The notes under the pieces are model-generated. The model had not been told where the DNA came from. It was given only the letters and a program-made list of their open reading frames with translations, and ran no database searches. Below, in pieces: positions 1-11,814 of a stretch of DNA of 64,000 nucleotides (position 1 is its first letter; each line of letters starts with the position of its first letter). A program made the translations under genes and the position numbers. Source of the DNA: Cyanophora paradoxa CCMP329 (taxonomy: Eukaryota > Plantae > Glaucophyta); the NCBI GenBank assembly GCA_004431415.1, contig QPMI01000519.1:124001-188000 (forward strand). Reading direction: 5' to 3'.

Positions 1-3000
1 GGAGGCCGCCTCCCGGTCCGCGATCCGATCCGATCTGATCTGATCCGATCTGATCCGTTCTGATCTGATCTGATCTGACTCGGATTCGAAGGGCGGAGGG
101 GTACGCCGCGAACGTGTTCCTCTGCCAGTCGGAAGCCGAGTGGGACGCCACGCGCCCGGGTGCGCATGCGTGAGATTCCTCTGCAGCTACGCCTACAAAT
201 TTGTAACCGACGACGACCCGCGGCGGGCCCGGCCGGCAGGGGTGCCGTACGGTGTCGCGGCGGGTTCCCTCCTGGAGGCGCTCCTCGCAAGGTCCGGGAC
301 TCCAGAAGCCTGCTCTGCGGCTATTCGCAATCGAGTGCGAGCTCAGCGTTTCTCTGTCTGCCTGACTCCTCCGCACAGGCACGGCGACGCAGCGGGGGCG
401 GGGGCGGGGCCGGGGGCGGGGCGGCTGCTGGGAGCGGCGGGGGACCCCGGGGGCGCCGCGGCCCTCTGGCGCCGCCACCTCCGCCGCCGCTTCGGCGCCC
501 AGGGCGGCGCGCCTTCGAATTCTTCGGAATCTGCGCCTCTTCTCGGCCAACCTTCCTCTCTGCAGGCCTGTTCCGGGGGGCCTGGCGGCTGCTGGGGCTC
601 GTGGCGGGGCGCTGCCCCGCCGCCTTCGCGTTCAACGTCCTCGCCCAGTGCTCCGCCAACGCCGCCGCCGTGCGCCGCCGCCCCCGCCCTCGGCCCCGAC
701 CATCGCCGCGTTATCCCCACGAAAACACTCGAACCGCCCCGCAGATCCTCCTCAGCCTGATGGTCAGCGAGGTGAGCGACCGCCCGAGGCGAGAGCAAGT
801 CTGATGCGCAGGGGATCTGACGGCGCGGGGCCCGGGGCAGCTGGCGGGGGGGGCGGGGGCGGGGGGCGTGGCGGTGCTCCTCGCCGTGGGCCTCTGCGCC
901 AAGGCCGCCGGCCGCGGCCTCCAAAACGCCCTCGAGGCCCACGTGCGCCCCCGCCCCCCGCAAGTGAAAATTAGAAGCCCAGCAGAATCCACGGAATCGG
1001 GGAAAAAGATGTCAACGCTAAACAACTGCGCTATAGATGTCCAAAGTATACGTATAGGATTTAAAAACCGCGACCGCGACTCATGATGAGATGGGGCCCG
1101 GGCGGGGCAGATCCTGGCGAGCGTGACGCACGGGCTGCGGACGGACCTGGCCCGCCTCGTCCACCGCATGCCCGACGCCTTCTTCGACTCGTGCGCGCGC
1201 GCGCGCCGGCTCCGGCTCGAGGCATTCCCGCCGATCCACATCCGAGAAAATTCGAAGCCGAGCACGTTCGAGTTGGAGCTCGAATTTCTAGCTGGAAGCT
1301 TCGAATTCGTGGCGTTGATAATTATATATAACGAATTTCGGCTGCTGGCCTGCGCGATATCGATCGATATCGGGCTCTCCTCCCCCCGGCCCCGCCTCGC
1401 TCTTGGTCATGATTCCCTCCCCGCGGCAGGAGCCCGGAGGCGGGCCTGCTGAACCTCTTCTCGGCGGACATGGTCCTCCTCGAGACATCCGTCGAGGCCT
1501 TCCTCGGGTCTGCCAGTGTCTAGTATTATTACTGAAATGCATATGCGCTCTAGATCTCAATGGGTCTTCCTCAACATTGGATGAAGCGCTCGAGCCAGCG
1601 CTCTGATGAAGTATTCGAGCCCGACTGCGATCCCTCCTGGTCGACGGGGCGGCGGCGTGCGCAGGTCGCTGGACACGGCGATCGGGCTCGTCTGCTGCTC
1701 TGGCCTCATCGCCGCCATCGAGATACGGTGACTGCGGTCGTGGTTTCGTTCCAGCGGCAATTATATAATGCCCCCCGTTCATGATCACAAGCACCAAACA
1801 GAAGCATCGCCTCACGAACTCGCTCTAGATCTGCGCTAGGCCTCAGATTTTATGAATCTCGCTTCAAGCAAATCAGTGCAATAAATCTCGCTTCGAATTC
1901 AAGATCTGCTCTGTCTTTAGCTCAGCGTGGCTTCAGCTTCAGCTCGCAGCCCCGCACACTCCAGCGCGCTCACGCTTCCTTCGATTTCCCGGCAGGATCT
2001 TCCTGGGGGTGCTGCTCCTGGAGGCCCTCTTCTTCGCCTTCCAGCGGCCCCTCCTCGTCCGCCCCCGCCCCCGCCCCCGCCCCCGCCCCACTTCGTTCGC
2101 GTTCGTGAGGGTCGCGTGGCCCGGGGGCGCAGGCGCTGACGGAGCGGCACACGGCGCGGCGGCAGGCGCTGCTGGACGCGCTGCTGGGGGTGGCGGGGGA
2201 CATGCTCCGGGGCCAGGCGGCCCTCAAGGCCTTCGCCTCCCCGCGCCTCCGCGAGGCGCGAGGCCCCCCCGCTCCATGAGCCCCCGCTCGTAGCTTAAGC
2301 ACCCGGGCCCGAGCCGCCGAGCACGTGCTCGTCACGCCTGCAGCGGACCCAGAGCTTAGATCGCCCGCCCCCACCCTCGATTTCCGCCGTCGCGGCCGCG
2401 CTGAAGGGGGCGGCGGCGCAGGCGTTCGACCGGGCGGCGGAGCAGCTGCGGGGGGCGAGCCGGCGGACGTACCTCGTCTCGAGCGGCGCCTCGCACCTGA
2501 TGATGGCCTGCAACTACCTGCTCCTCGCCCTCACCATCCTCGCCCTCGCCCTCCTCGCGTCCGCCCCGCCCCCGCCCCGCCCCCGCCCCGCCCCGCCCCG
2601 CCTCGGCGCCGCCCCGAACTGAACACGCGTCTCCGCCGCAGGGAGAAGGGCCTGCTGACCCCCGCGTCGGTGCGGCCGCCTCCCCTCTGCACATGGACAC
2701 CTGCGCTCGATCGGACTCGCGATCACTCACTTCGCTCGCAGGGCGTGCTGGTGTACACGTCGGCCTCGACGATCCCGGAGCTCACCTGGTACTTCTCCTG
2801 CATCTTCCCCTCCGTCCGTCCCGCCCCGGCCCCGGCCCCGCCCGCCCATCGCCCTCCCTGAACGAGGCTCCCTCATCCCTGCGGCTGGGCCAGATCGTCC
2901 AGTGCCACGCGCCCCTCAACCGCCTCGAGGAGGCCCGCCGGGTGCGTTTGCGAGTCTTTAATTTAGAGCCGGCCTCGGCGGGGTTCGCGGGCTCGCTTCT

Positions 3001-4571
3001 CACCGCGGGGCCCCGCGCCGCGGCCAGATGCCCGTCGACGAGGACGACGGCGACGTCGCCGCCGGCGCCGATCGCGACTCGAAGGGATCCGGGTCGAGAC
3101 GGGGCGGCGGCGGCGGCGGCCGAGGGGCGGAGCTTGAGGCCGGCCGCGACCGAAAGGCCTGCGCACGTGCACGCACCGAGCTCGAGCTCGAGCTCGAGGC
3201 CGGCGGGGCCCCCGCGCCCCCGCAGCCGCCGGAGCCGCTGGAGGTGGCGCTGCGGGGCGTGCGCTTCGTGTACCGGCCGCTGCTCGGGGGCGGGCCGGAG
3301 CGGGCGGCCCTGGACGGCGTCACCCTCGACCTGCCGGCCCGCGCCCACGTCTGCATCGTCGGGTGCGCTGAGGAAGACCGCGTTGCCCTCTCTCTCTTGC
3401 GAGGAAGGCCGAGGGGGCGGGGGCGGGGGCGGGGCAGGCCGAGCGGGGGCGGGAAGAGCACGCTGCTGAAGGTGCTGCGGGGGGACCTCCCCCCCTCGGA
3501 GGGCGCCGTCCTCTTCGGGGGGGCGCCCCTCTCCGCCCTCCCCCCCCACCGCCGCCGCCGCTTGGTCCGACCCTCCTCACCCTCCTAAGCGCCTCGAGCA
3601 TTGCTTCTAAGAGCCCGCTGGGCTCGCAGGTGTGCAGCATCGGGCAGGAGCCGTTCCTCTTCAGCGACACGCTCGCCGAGAACGTGCGCATCGGGCGCCC
3701 CGGCGCCTCCGACGCCGAGGTCGCCGCCGCCTGCGCCGCCGTCCGGTCAGGCCCCGCGGGACGCCGCGAAACCGGCCCCGGCCCCGGCTGAAATTCCGCA
3801 GGCTCGACGGCCTGGCGGCGGGCCTCCCCTTCGGGTACCAGACGCCCGTCAGCTCCAAGGTCCTCTCCGGCGGGCAGGTGCGATCTTTCGCCGCGAAACT
3901 CATCCCGCGAAAACCGCCGCCCGCCCCTCCTCACGGTGTTTTCGCGGCGGTGTCCGGGCGCAGTGCAAGCGGGTCGCCTTCGGTGCGAAGCCTCGCGCGG
4001 GGCCGGCTGCTTCGCTGCCTCGCTTCTTCGCTGACCGCGCCCTCCGATGCGGGCGGGAGCAGCGCGGGCGATCCTCTCGCGGGCGCCTATCGTCCTCCTC
4101 GACGAGGTCTCCAGCGGCCTCGGTCCGTTTGTTGTCTCGGCGACACATCCGAAGCCGGAGCGCTCATGATTATAATTAATCGAACGCCGGCAGACACGGA
4201 GACGGAGGCGGCGATCGGGGAGGTCGTCCGCCACTTCGTTCGCACGCGCACCGTCGTCGAGGTCACCCACCGGTGCCCGCGCGCCCTTCCGAGACCGCCG
4301 CACCCCTCCACCTCCGCCTGACTCGCCCGCCCTCCCCATCCAGGCTGCACCGGTGCCGGGGGGCAGACCTGGTGGTCGTCGTGAGGGGCGGCCGGGTGGC
4401 CGAGCAGGGGACGCACGCCGCCCTCCTCGCCGCCCCCGACGCCCTCTACCGCCGCGTGCGCCCCCCCGGCCCCGGCGCCGGGCCGCGCCGCGCCCCCGCA
4501 CCCTCGCCTTCGCTGACGGGGAGCAGATGTGGGAGCTCGAGCAGGGAGGGGGCCCCGAGTTTGACATCTAG
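1..4571 (+). CDS. ABC transporter, TMD-NBD half transporter (ABCB-like), multi-exon; 5' end probably outside the window
   Basis: Spliced exons give TMD segments (LRTDLARLVHRMPDAFFDS; GLLNLFSADMVLLE; IFLGVLLLEALFFAFQ). The NBD is intact: Walker A IVG|PSGGGKST (~3355-3462), Q-loop GQEPFLF, signature LSGGQ, Walker B LLLDEVSSGL|D, H-loop VTHR|L. The last exon ends MWELEQGGGPEFDI* at 4571. Confidence 0.9.
22..76. repeat. (GATCY)n pentanucleotide microsatellite, ~11 units, probably intronic
   Basis: gatcc gatcc gatct gatct gatcc gatct gatcc gttct gatct gatct gatct read directly. Confidence 0.85.
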
Positions 4572-5011
4572 ATCCGCTGCTGGGCTAGCGTTGCGCACCC
4601 CTCCGTTCTCGTCCCTTCAATCGCGCGGCACACTGCTACGTATATATACTGTGACGGTCTTTTAAAATTAGATCTCCTGTGTTTTTCTTCTCCTGCATCG
4701 CGATAGCCTTGCTCTCTTTGCTTGTGATCCTAGCTATAGCTGTACGTGTACGTACTTTCAGTTTTCGTCTCGAGCTCGTCCTAGTTGGAGGGGCCCGGGG
4801 CCGCTGCGTTCAACATTTATCTAGTCCAGCCTGGCAGAGCAGCGCGTGCACGAGATTGTTTCAAATCTCACATCATGATCACTTCAAATTTTAAACGTGG
4901 CACGCAAAGCCAACCCTTGGCGGGACTGCCTGCGGCTTCCAGACTCTGAGAGGAGGGCTATCGACAGGGCTTGCTTTCAGGGCCTGGAGGCTCACGCGAG
5001 CCCGGCCCCCC

Positions 5012-7959
5012 TCAAGGCTTGCCGCCGGCCTGCGCGCCGGCCGCCTTCCCCGCCGCGCCGGGGCCGCCGGCGGGGCCGGCCTTGGCGCCCCCCACGCCGG
5101 CGAGGGACTTCGTCTCGTCGGGGGCCTGCTGGGCGGGGGCCTGGGGCTGCTTCCTGGGGTCCAGGACGCAGGGGCAGAGGCGGCTCGTGAGGGCGTGCCA
5201 CCCCTTGCACGAGAACATCGCCCGGTCCGGCTGCGTCAGGCAGATCCCCGGCCGGAAGTTCTGCGCCCCGCCCCGCAGGTGATCCCCTGCCCTCCGCCCC
5301 TCCGGGTAGCGGCCCCCGCACCTTCGGGGCGGTCGGGGAGACGAAGCAGGGCTGGTCGTACCCCGCCACGAAGCCGCAGCCGGCCGGGCACCCGAAGTGC
5401 TCCTTCAGCAGCTCGCACTGCCCCCGACTCGACTCCGGGCGGTTTCAAATCCGGGTGGAGGGGGGGTACGCACGTTGCTGACGGCCGGGAAGGAGACCCC
5501 GTCGCACTTCATCCCCTCCCTCGCGCACACGTTGTCGCAGTCCTCCCCCTGCTTCCCCGCCACCGGCCTACCCCCCGAGGGTGACTGGGGGGGGAGCTCG
5601 GCGCGGATAGGGGTACAGGCGCACTTGACGTTTGGGGGCAGAATGATGCGGCCCTCGTGCTGGATCGAGATGGCGCCTACCCCCGAAATGGGGAGGTACA
5701 CCCGCACGGGTACGGGCTGCGAAAAGTAAGAACCGTACCCCCGCCCCGTGCGTCCCGGTACCCCCGCACCGCGTGCTCGTGGCCGCCGCAGGGGAATATG
5801 TCGTCGTGCTGGCACTGCGGTCGCGCGTCAGCTCCGCCGCGGGGTACGGGACGATGTGGGGGAGGGGGGTACGCGGATCGGACCTTCATGCGGGAGAAGC
5901 TGGTCTCCGGCTGGAGGCCGCGGAACTCGAGGGACTGCGGACGGTGCGGAGGAGCGAGGCCTCAGATTCGAGCCGAAAGGCCGCGAGAGCTCAAAGGATC
6001 GAAAGGAGCTGAAGAAAGACAAACAGGAGGCGAGCGCGCCTGGTAGCACTTCAAGAAGAGCCAGTGCTCCTTGTGCCGCCCCGGGCGGAAGAGGTTGTGC
6101 CGGTACACCGCGTGCGGCCGCCGCCCGAAGTGCGCCCTGCCCCCGCCGTTCGGGCGGCGCGGGGAGAGCAGGCGGGGAGGGGAGGGGTACGGCGCACTCG
6201 GCCTCCGGCGTGCGCTTCTCGGGTACCAGCAGCTCCATCAGGGCCGTCTCGGGGTCCACCTGGCGCACAGCACGTTTTAGGGTGGGGGAAAGAGGGAAGG
6301 GGAGGGCGGAGGGAGGGGTAGGGGAGGGGGGGGGGGGGGGGGGGGGGAGCGAGATTGGAAGGGGCGCCGCGCACCCCGAGGTCGTACTCCCCCCGACTCT
6401 TCAGCGCCTGCCATACGAACGGCACGTCCTCGTTCTGCGTACCCCCAAGCGTGGGCGGGCGAATCTCCCGAGAGCGGCGTACCCCAACCTTCAGAACGAT
6501 GCCGTTGCCGTCGTACGACGAGTACAGGGCCGCCCACTGGGGGTAGTACGCGTACGCCTGCGGTACCGGTCGCCCGGGGCACGAGGGGTACAGGAAAAAC
6601 AACGCGAGCGTGGCGTGGCGCGCCTTGTCGATCGCGAGCTCCATGAGGCGCGGCCTGCGCAGAAGAAGGGTCGGCCGAAGAGAGCAGGGGAGGGGAGGGG
6701 GGGTACGGCGCACGCGTAGGCGCAGGGGACGAAGTCGTCGTCGAGGATGACGACGTGCTCGGCCCGCCCCTCCGCCTCCTGCCCCCGCCCCGGCTCGACC
6801 GAAGGGGGGGGCGGGGGAAAGCGAGAGGGGGTACGCGCCTGGAGGAGGGCGGCGACGTCGCACGAGGAGGTGCGGAGCACGCGCGGCCGGAACACGCGCT
6901 TCGTACCCCCGTCCCCGTCCTCCCCCCCCTCGTCCTTCGGCGCCGCGTCCCGCCGCGCCTTGCGCAAAGCAAGCGAGGGGCGGTGAGGCGAGCGGGAGGA
7001 AGGGGCGGGGGGTGCAGGGGCCGGACGGGGAGGACGAGAGCCTTGGAGCCGCCGCCGACGACGAATCGGGGCTTGGGGAGCGGCTCGGAACCGCCGAGCT
7101 GGCAGGAGCTGGGGGCGCCGGGTCAGGGCGGGCGGGGAGGGGCGGGCGGGGCGGAAAGGCGGGACAAGAGGGACCTGGGGGCCTCGCGTTCTGTAAACAC
7201 GAAGCGGTCGGCGAACTGGCTCTGCTGGAAGCGCCGCTGCGCCGCCGCGAACCACTTGTTACGGCCCCGCGGCCGCGCGTTGTTCACCAGCACCCGGACC
7301 TGCGTTCGAATCCCCGCGCGGCCAATCGGCCAGCGAGTCGCGGGGCGGGGGAGGGGGAAGGGAGGGGTACGCGCGTGGTCCATGGCGGGGGACTGGAATC
7401 TGGCGAAGTGGTCCTCGAGGATCTCGAGGGCCTTGGCGAGGTGGTCTTCGTCCCCGAACGCGCCCACCGCGATCCCGTACAGCACCCACGGCTTCCGCTT
7501 CCCCTTGTTCTCCCACGCCGCCCCTCCCGCGGGGCCTCCCGCAGGGCCTCCCGCCTTCGCCGCCGCCGCCGCTGCCTCCCGGGTTCGCTAGCTGGCGGGA
7601 AGCAAGCGGGGCGGGCGGGCCGGCGCGGCGCACCCGCCATGAGCTGCCTGTGCGATGCTGCGCTCTCGAAATGCTCGAGCGACGCGTTCCAGAGCTCCGT
7701 CTCGTGGAGGCTCCACGGCGGCGGCCCTGCGAAGCGCTCGACCGGCCACCGACGGGAGAAGCGGGACCGCGGGCGCACCTGTGTCATGCTCCGTGCTGCC
7801 TTCTGCTAGCTGCGCATCGCGAGCGTCAGCGCGCTCGCGCGTGGGGGCCGGAGAGCGCACTGAGCGTCTGAGGCCGCGGGCTTCCCGCACGACGAGCGGG
7901 AGCGTGGCGACGATGTAAAGCGCCACGACCGCCGACGCACATCGCGCCAGCCAGCCCAT
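5012..7959 (-). CDS. Type II membrane glycosyltransferase-like protein: GT54/MGAT4-like catalytic region plus MGAT5 (GT18)-type Cys-rich C-terminal domain, multi-exon
   Basis: N-terminal TM anchor MGWLARCASAVVALYIVATLPLVV (ATG 7959). The GT-A-like core has HVVILDDDFVPC, YPQWAALYSSYDGNGIVLK and HAVYRHNLF. The C-terminal GKQGEDCDNVCAREGMKCD...DQPCFV...FSCKGWHALTSRLCPC matches the Cys pattern of the MGAT5 C-terminus. Confidence 0.75.
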
Positions 7960-8075
7960 CGGCCCGCCTCTCAGAAACGAACACGGCTGCGGCGACTCGC
8001 TCCCCCACTCGACACGGGTACAGACTCCATAGGCGCTTTGGGGCCGCGCCATCAGACTCTGAGAGGCGCTCCGCA
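7960..8075. promoter_or_regulatory. Putative bidirectional promoter between divergent glycosyltransferase and F-box genes
   Basis: Only 116 bp separate the two inferred head-to-head ATGs (7959 on minus, 8076 on plus). Confidence 0.45.
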
Positions 8076-10112
8076 ATGGCGAAGGCGAGCGCGGCGAAGC
8101 GCGCGCGCGTCGACCCCCCTCTAACAGGTGCCTTTGAGTCCTGTCGGGTCGCCTATCATCCTCAATCGCTTCGTCCGCAGGTCCAACAACGACGAGGCGA
8201 AAACGGATGCACAGCGAACCGGGAGAGAGAGCGCCGCCCTCGAAAGCAGCGTCTGGGGCGAGCCCGGCGAGCCCAAGCGAGGACAGCCCCGCCAGCAGCG
8301 GGCACGACCCTGCGGGTCCCAGCCCGCTGGAGCGCCTCCCTTCAGAACTTCTCTCACATATCTTGAGCTTCCTGAGCGTGGGAGAGGCCCTGCGGGCGCG
8401 GGCGACGTGCCGCGCGTTCCGCGACTGCTTGGAGGCGACCGTCTTTCTGGACCCGGCGCTGTCGGTGCGGGCACGCAGCGCGGACGTGCTGGACAGGCTC
8501 ACGCGGCTCGTCGGGGGCGGGGGCCTCCAGCTGCGGGGCGACGTCCGCCTCCGGGTCTCGGGCCCCTTCAAGAGCCTCCGGGCGCAGCCGGCCGCGCTGC
8601 TGCGGGCCCTCGCCGAGGGCCCGCTGAGGCGCCTTCGCGAGGCGGAGGTGCGCTTCTCGCTCGCGGACGGGGCGAAGCTCGCGCGGCACGTCTCGGACGT
8701 CCTCGGCGCCGTGCGGCCGGCCGGGGCGGCGCTGGAGGCGCTGCTCGTCGCGAGCGACGCCGACGCGCAGCACGGCAGCCTCGCCGCCTGCGACCCGCAG
8801 CAGCTGCACGCCTCGCTCGCGCCCCTCGCCAACCTGCGCCACCTCCACCTGCCCCCGAGCTTCGTCGTCGAGCCGCCCCACGCCGCCGCCGTCGCCGCCG
8901 CCTGCCCCCTGCTCCGGCGGCTCGCCCTCCGGCCCTGCGGTGTGCACTCGCCCAACGGCGTCGTGCCCGCCCTCGCCGCCCTCGCCTCTCTGGCGCACCT
9001 GGAGGAGCTCGAGCTCTTCGGGCGGTACCCCCCTTTCGCTCGTTCCTCCCTCGCGTCGCTCTCCCTTTACGCCGTACCCCCGCAGGGACAACCCCCACGG
9101 GATCGACGACGTGGCCCGGGGCCCCGCCGGCCAGTCCCTCCGCGTCATCCGCCTCAGGTTCGGATCCCACCGGGCCCCTTTCCCTCCCTCCCGCGTCCTG
9201 AGCGGGGGCGCAGCTCGGAGCCGAACGCGAACGTCGTCTTCGGCGCCGCTTCGTTCCTCGCGATGGCCGCGATGCCGCGCCTCGAGGCCGTCGAGGGCTG
9301 GATCGAGGTACCCCCCGCCCCCCCCCCTCCGTCCCTCCCCGACCCCGGCGCCTCACGTACCCCCCAGCTCGGGGGGAATGTGGGCCCCGAGACGCTCTCG
9401 GAGCTGCAGGCCCTCTCCCGCCTCCGCTCCCTCCACCTCAGGTGCCCCCGCCTCCCCCCCCCCTCCTCCCCCCCCCCCCCCCCCAAAAAAGCTCATCGCA
9501 CCCCCCTCCCAGCTTCCGCCTCTGCTCCTTATCCGTCGTGGCTCTCTCGGGCCTCGCCGCCGCCCTGACCGCCGGCTGCCCCGTGCGCACCTCCAGCCAC
9601 GTACCCCGCCCACCTACCGCCCGCTGACCCCGTACTTCCCAGGCTCTCACGGAGCTGGGGATACGCGGGTTCGTCCGCGACTCGGCCCCCAGCAGTGCGT
9701 ACCCCCCCCCTCCCCGGGCCGCGCGGCTCACGCGACAGGGGGAACAGCGCCGGGGTACGGGGCGGCGGCGTCGGAGGCGCTGGCGGCGCTGTACATCGCG
9801 GGGCGGCGGGCGCTGCGGGAGGTCAGCGTCGACTCGCACGCGCCCCTCTCCGAGGCCGAGGCGGCGGCGCTCGCGGCGTGCGGCCCGCAGCTCGCCCGCG
9901 TCCACCTCCAGCACCGCCTCGCCGGGGGCGAGGACCTCGCGGCGTACCGGGCGCTGGGCGGCCTGCGGCTGGCCTCGGGGGCCCGGTCGCTCTCGGTGCG
10001 GATCGGGGCGATCCACGCGGCGGCGCGGGCGCTGCGCTGCACGGAGAGCGCCGTGGAGCGCGCGCTGCGCGAGATGCTCCCCGACGCCTCCGTCGAGTTC
10101 TTCTGGGGCTAG
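8076..10112 (+). CDS. F-box / leucine-rich-repeat protein, multi-exon
   Basis: ATG 8076 (MAKASAAKRARV). F-box LERLPSELLSHILSFLSVGEALRARATCRAFR is followed by RNI-like LRRs (LAPLANLRHLHL, ACPLLRRLAL, LASLAHLEELEL, MPRLEAV, LSRLRSLHL). Ends DASVEFFWG* at 10112. Confidence 0.85.
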
Positions 10113-10790
10113 ATAGTCGTGGTTGTACGTGGGTACACGCTACCGCAGTGTTCGGTTCATAAACGTACGCCCGCTGTCCCGACCTGCCACTCCCCAGCCC
10201 GAGCCTCGAGCGCCGCGGCTGCAGGCCCGGCGCCCGGCCCCCGCGGGGCCCGTTACCTGCAGCCGAGAAATTCGATGGCCCGTGGCCTGGAGAGGGGGGG
10301 GGGGGGGGGGGGGGCGGTAAACGGAGAGCTGGGCAGCAGGAGGTGGGGGTGGGGAGTAAATGAAGGATTGCGCAGTCGGCTGCCTCAGCCTGCCAGTCGC
10401 CCTCGCGATCGACGGGGCGCGGACGGTCGCCGGCCGCGCGCGGGCCCGCTGCCCCCGTCGGCGCGCCGCCCGGGCCCCCGGCCGCGGGCCCCGCGGGCCC
10501 CCGGCCCCCGGTCTGCTGCGCCTTCCCGCCAGTTGGCCGCCACAGCGCCGGCCCCGGGGCCCGGGGCCCCAGCGCGCCGCCCCTTCGGGCCTCGGACGAG
10601 TCGGACCCTTCCCCCCCCCCCCCCCCCCCCCCCTCCCCGGACCCCGGCGGCCCCGGCGGCGGGCCCCCGCCGCGGGCTTAAGCTTCCGGCGCCCGGCGCC
10701 CGCGGCCCGCGGCCCGCGGCCGCGCGGGTGCGGGCGGGCCATGCGGCCAAATTAAATTCCGGGCCAATATTAATATGCATATATACTATG

Positions 10791-10869
10791 TGCCGATTCT
10801 ACTACCGAATCGTAACTACTACCCCCCTTGCAAGGGGGGGTCAGCTGCCGATTCTACCACCGAATCGTA
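10791..10869. repeat. Two 24-bp direct repeats (each a hairpin) flanking a C6-TTGCAA-G7 palindrome
   Basis: tgccgattctactaccgaatcgta (10791-10814) and tgccgattctaccaccgaatcgta (10846-10869), 23/24 identical; central accccccttgcaagggggggt at 10821-10841. Confidence 0.8.
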
Positions 10870-11814
10870 CGTATATACGTACCGGTGCCAGCGTGTCCGA
10901 CTCCTGAGAGGCTGAGAGGCGCTCCTTGTACCAAACTTGAAGCCCCTCACGGCGAGTGGTTATTCTTTGCCAGCCACTTGCCTCGAAGGTCTTCAAGTTA
11001 CCCTCGTAGCGGCAAAAAGAGCCTCGATAGCTTGAATAATTAAATTTACATATATGCAGCCTGGCATGCATGAGATTGCAGACGTAAATGGCCGGATATA
11101 TTTTGTTCTGTGAAGAATTAAGATAGTATTTAATCGTATTCTGACCGAATTCGCGTGGATAAACATAAATCGCTATTTTCGTTAATCGATCAATGAATAA
11201 GATTCAAATGGCCGAACGGCGCCCCAAGAAGAGCCGGCGGTTCGGGTTGGAGTCACGGTCCTCACGGACCTGTTCGGCACGGTTCGTGTACCCTCATCAT
11301 CTTTTACCGCCCACGGGCCACAGCTGGTGCTTTGCCTCCGCGGGCCGCGGCCGGTCGACGTCCCTCCGGAATTGGCTCCGATAGATATCCAGCAGCTAGA
11401 GCAGCAAGGCAGCAAGGCTTCCGAAGTCGGTTAGCAAAACTGACGAGCAGCAGCATCAGTGCTCGGCGGCTAGATCGAGAGCGCTAGCCCCGTTCATGGG
11501 CACTGCGGCAGTCGCGGGCCGCTGGAGCACGGGATCACCGTGGCACAGTTAGAAGAGAGTATCGATCTCTCTGACTCAGGCTGAAGCCTCGTCACAGCCG
11601 CGCTGCAGCACCGCGGCGCCAGCTGCAGGCGCGCGTTTCCGAGTTCAGAGCTAGAATTTGACGAAAGCAGCTGGGCGTGGCACGTACGCGTAGTGACAGG
11701 GAGCGGCCGTCGGGTGCATATATGCATGCAAATGGCAACACGCTTTCTTAGTTGCAGAGCAGATCTAGAGCTGAGCCTCAAAACCGGCTCGCCGCGTTAA
11801 GATTGGCACATTTG

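Noticed and set aside
10791-10869. CRISPR-like repeat-spacer-repeat
   Set aside because: Only two repeats, the spacer is itself a palindrome, there are no cas genes, and the context is eukaryotic.
11193-11700. Coding-like segment upstream of the cyclase
   Set aside because: Short frames with stops and no recognisable domain; it could be a remnant or extra 5' exons, but this is unsupported.
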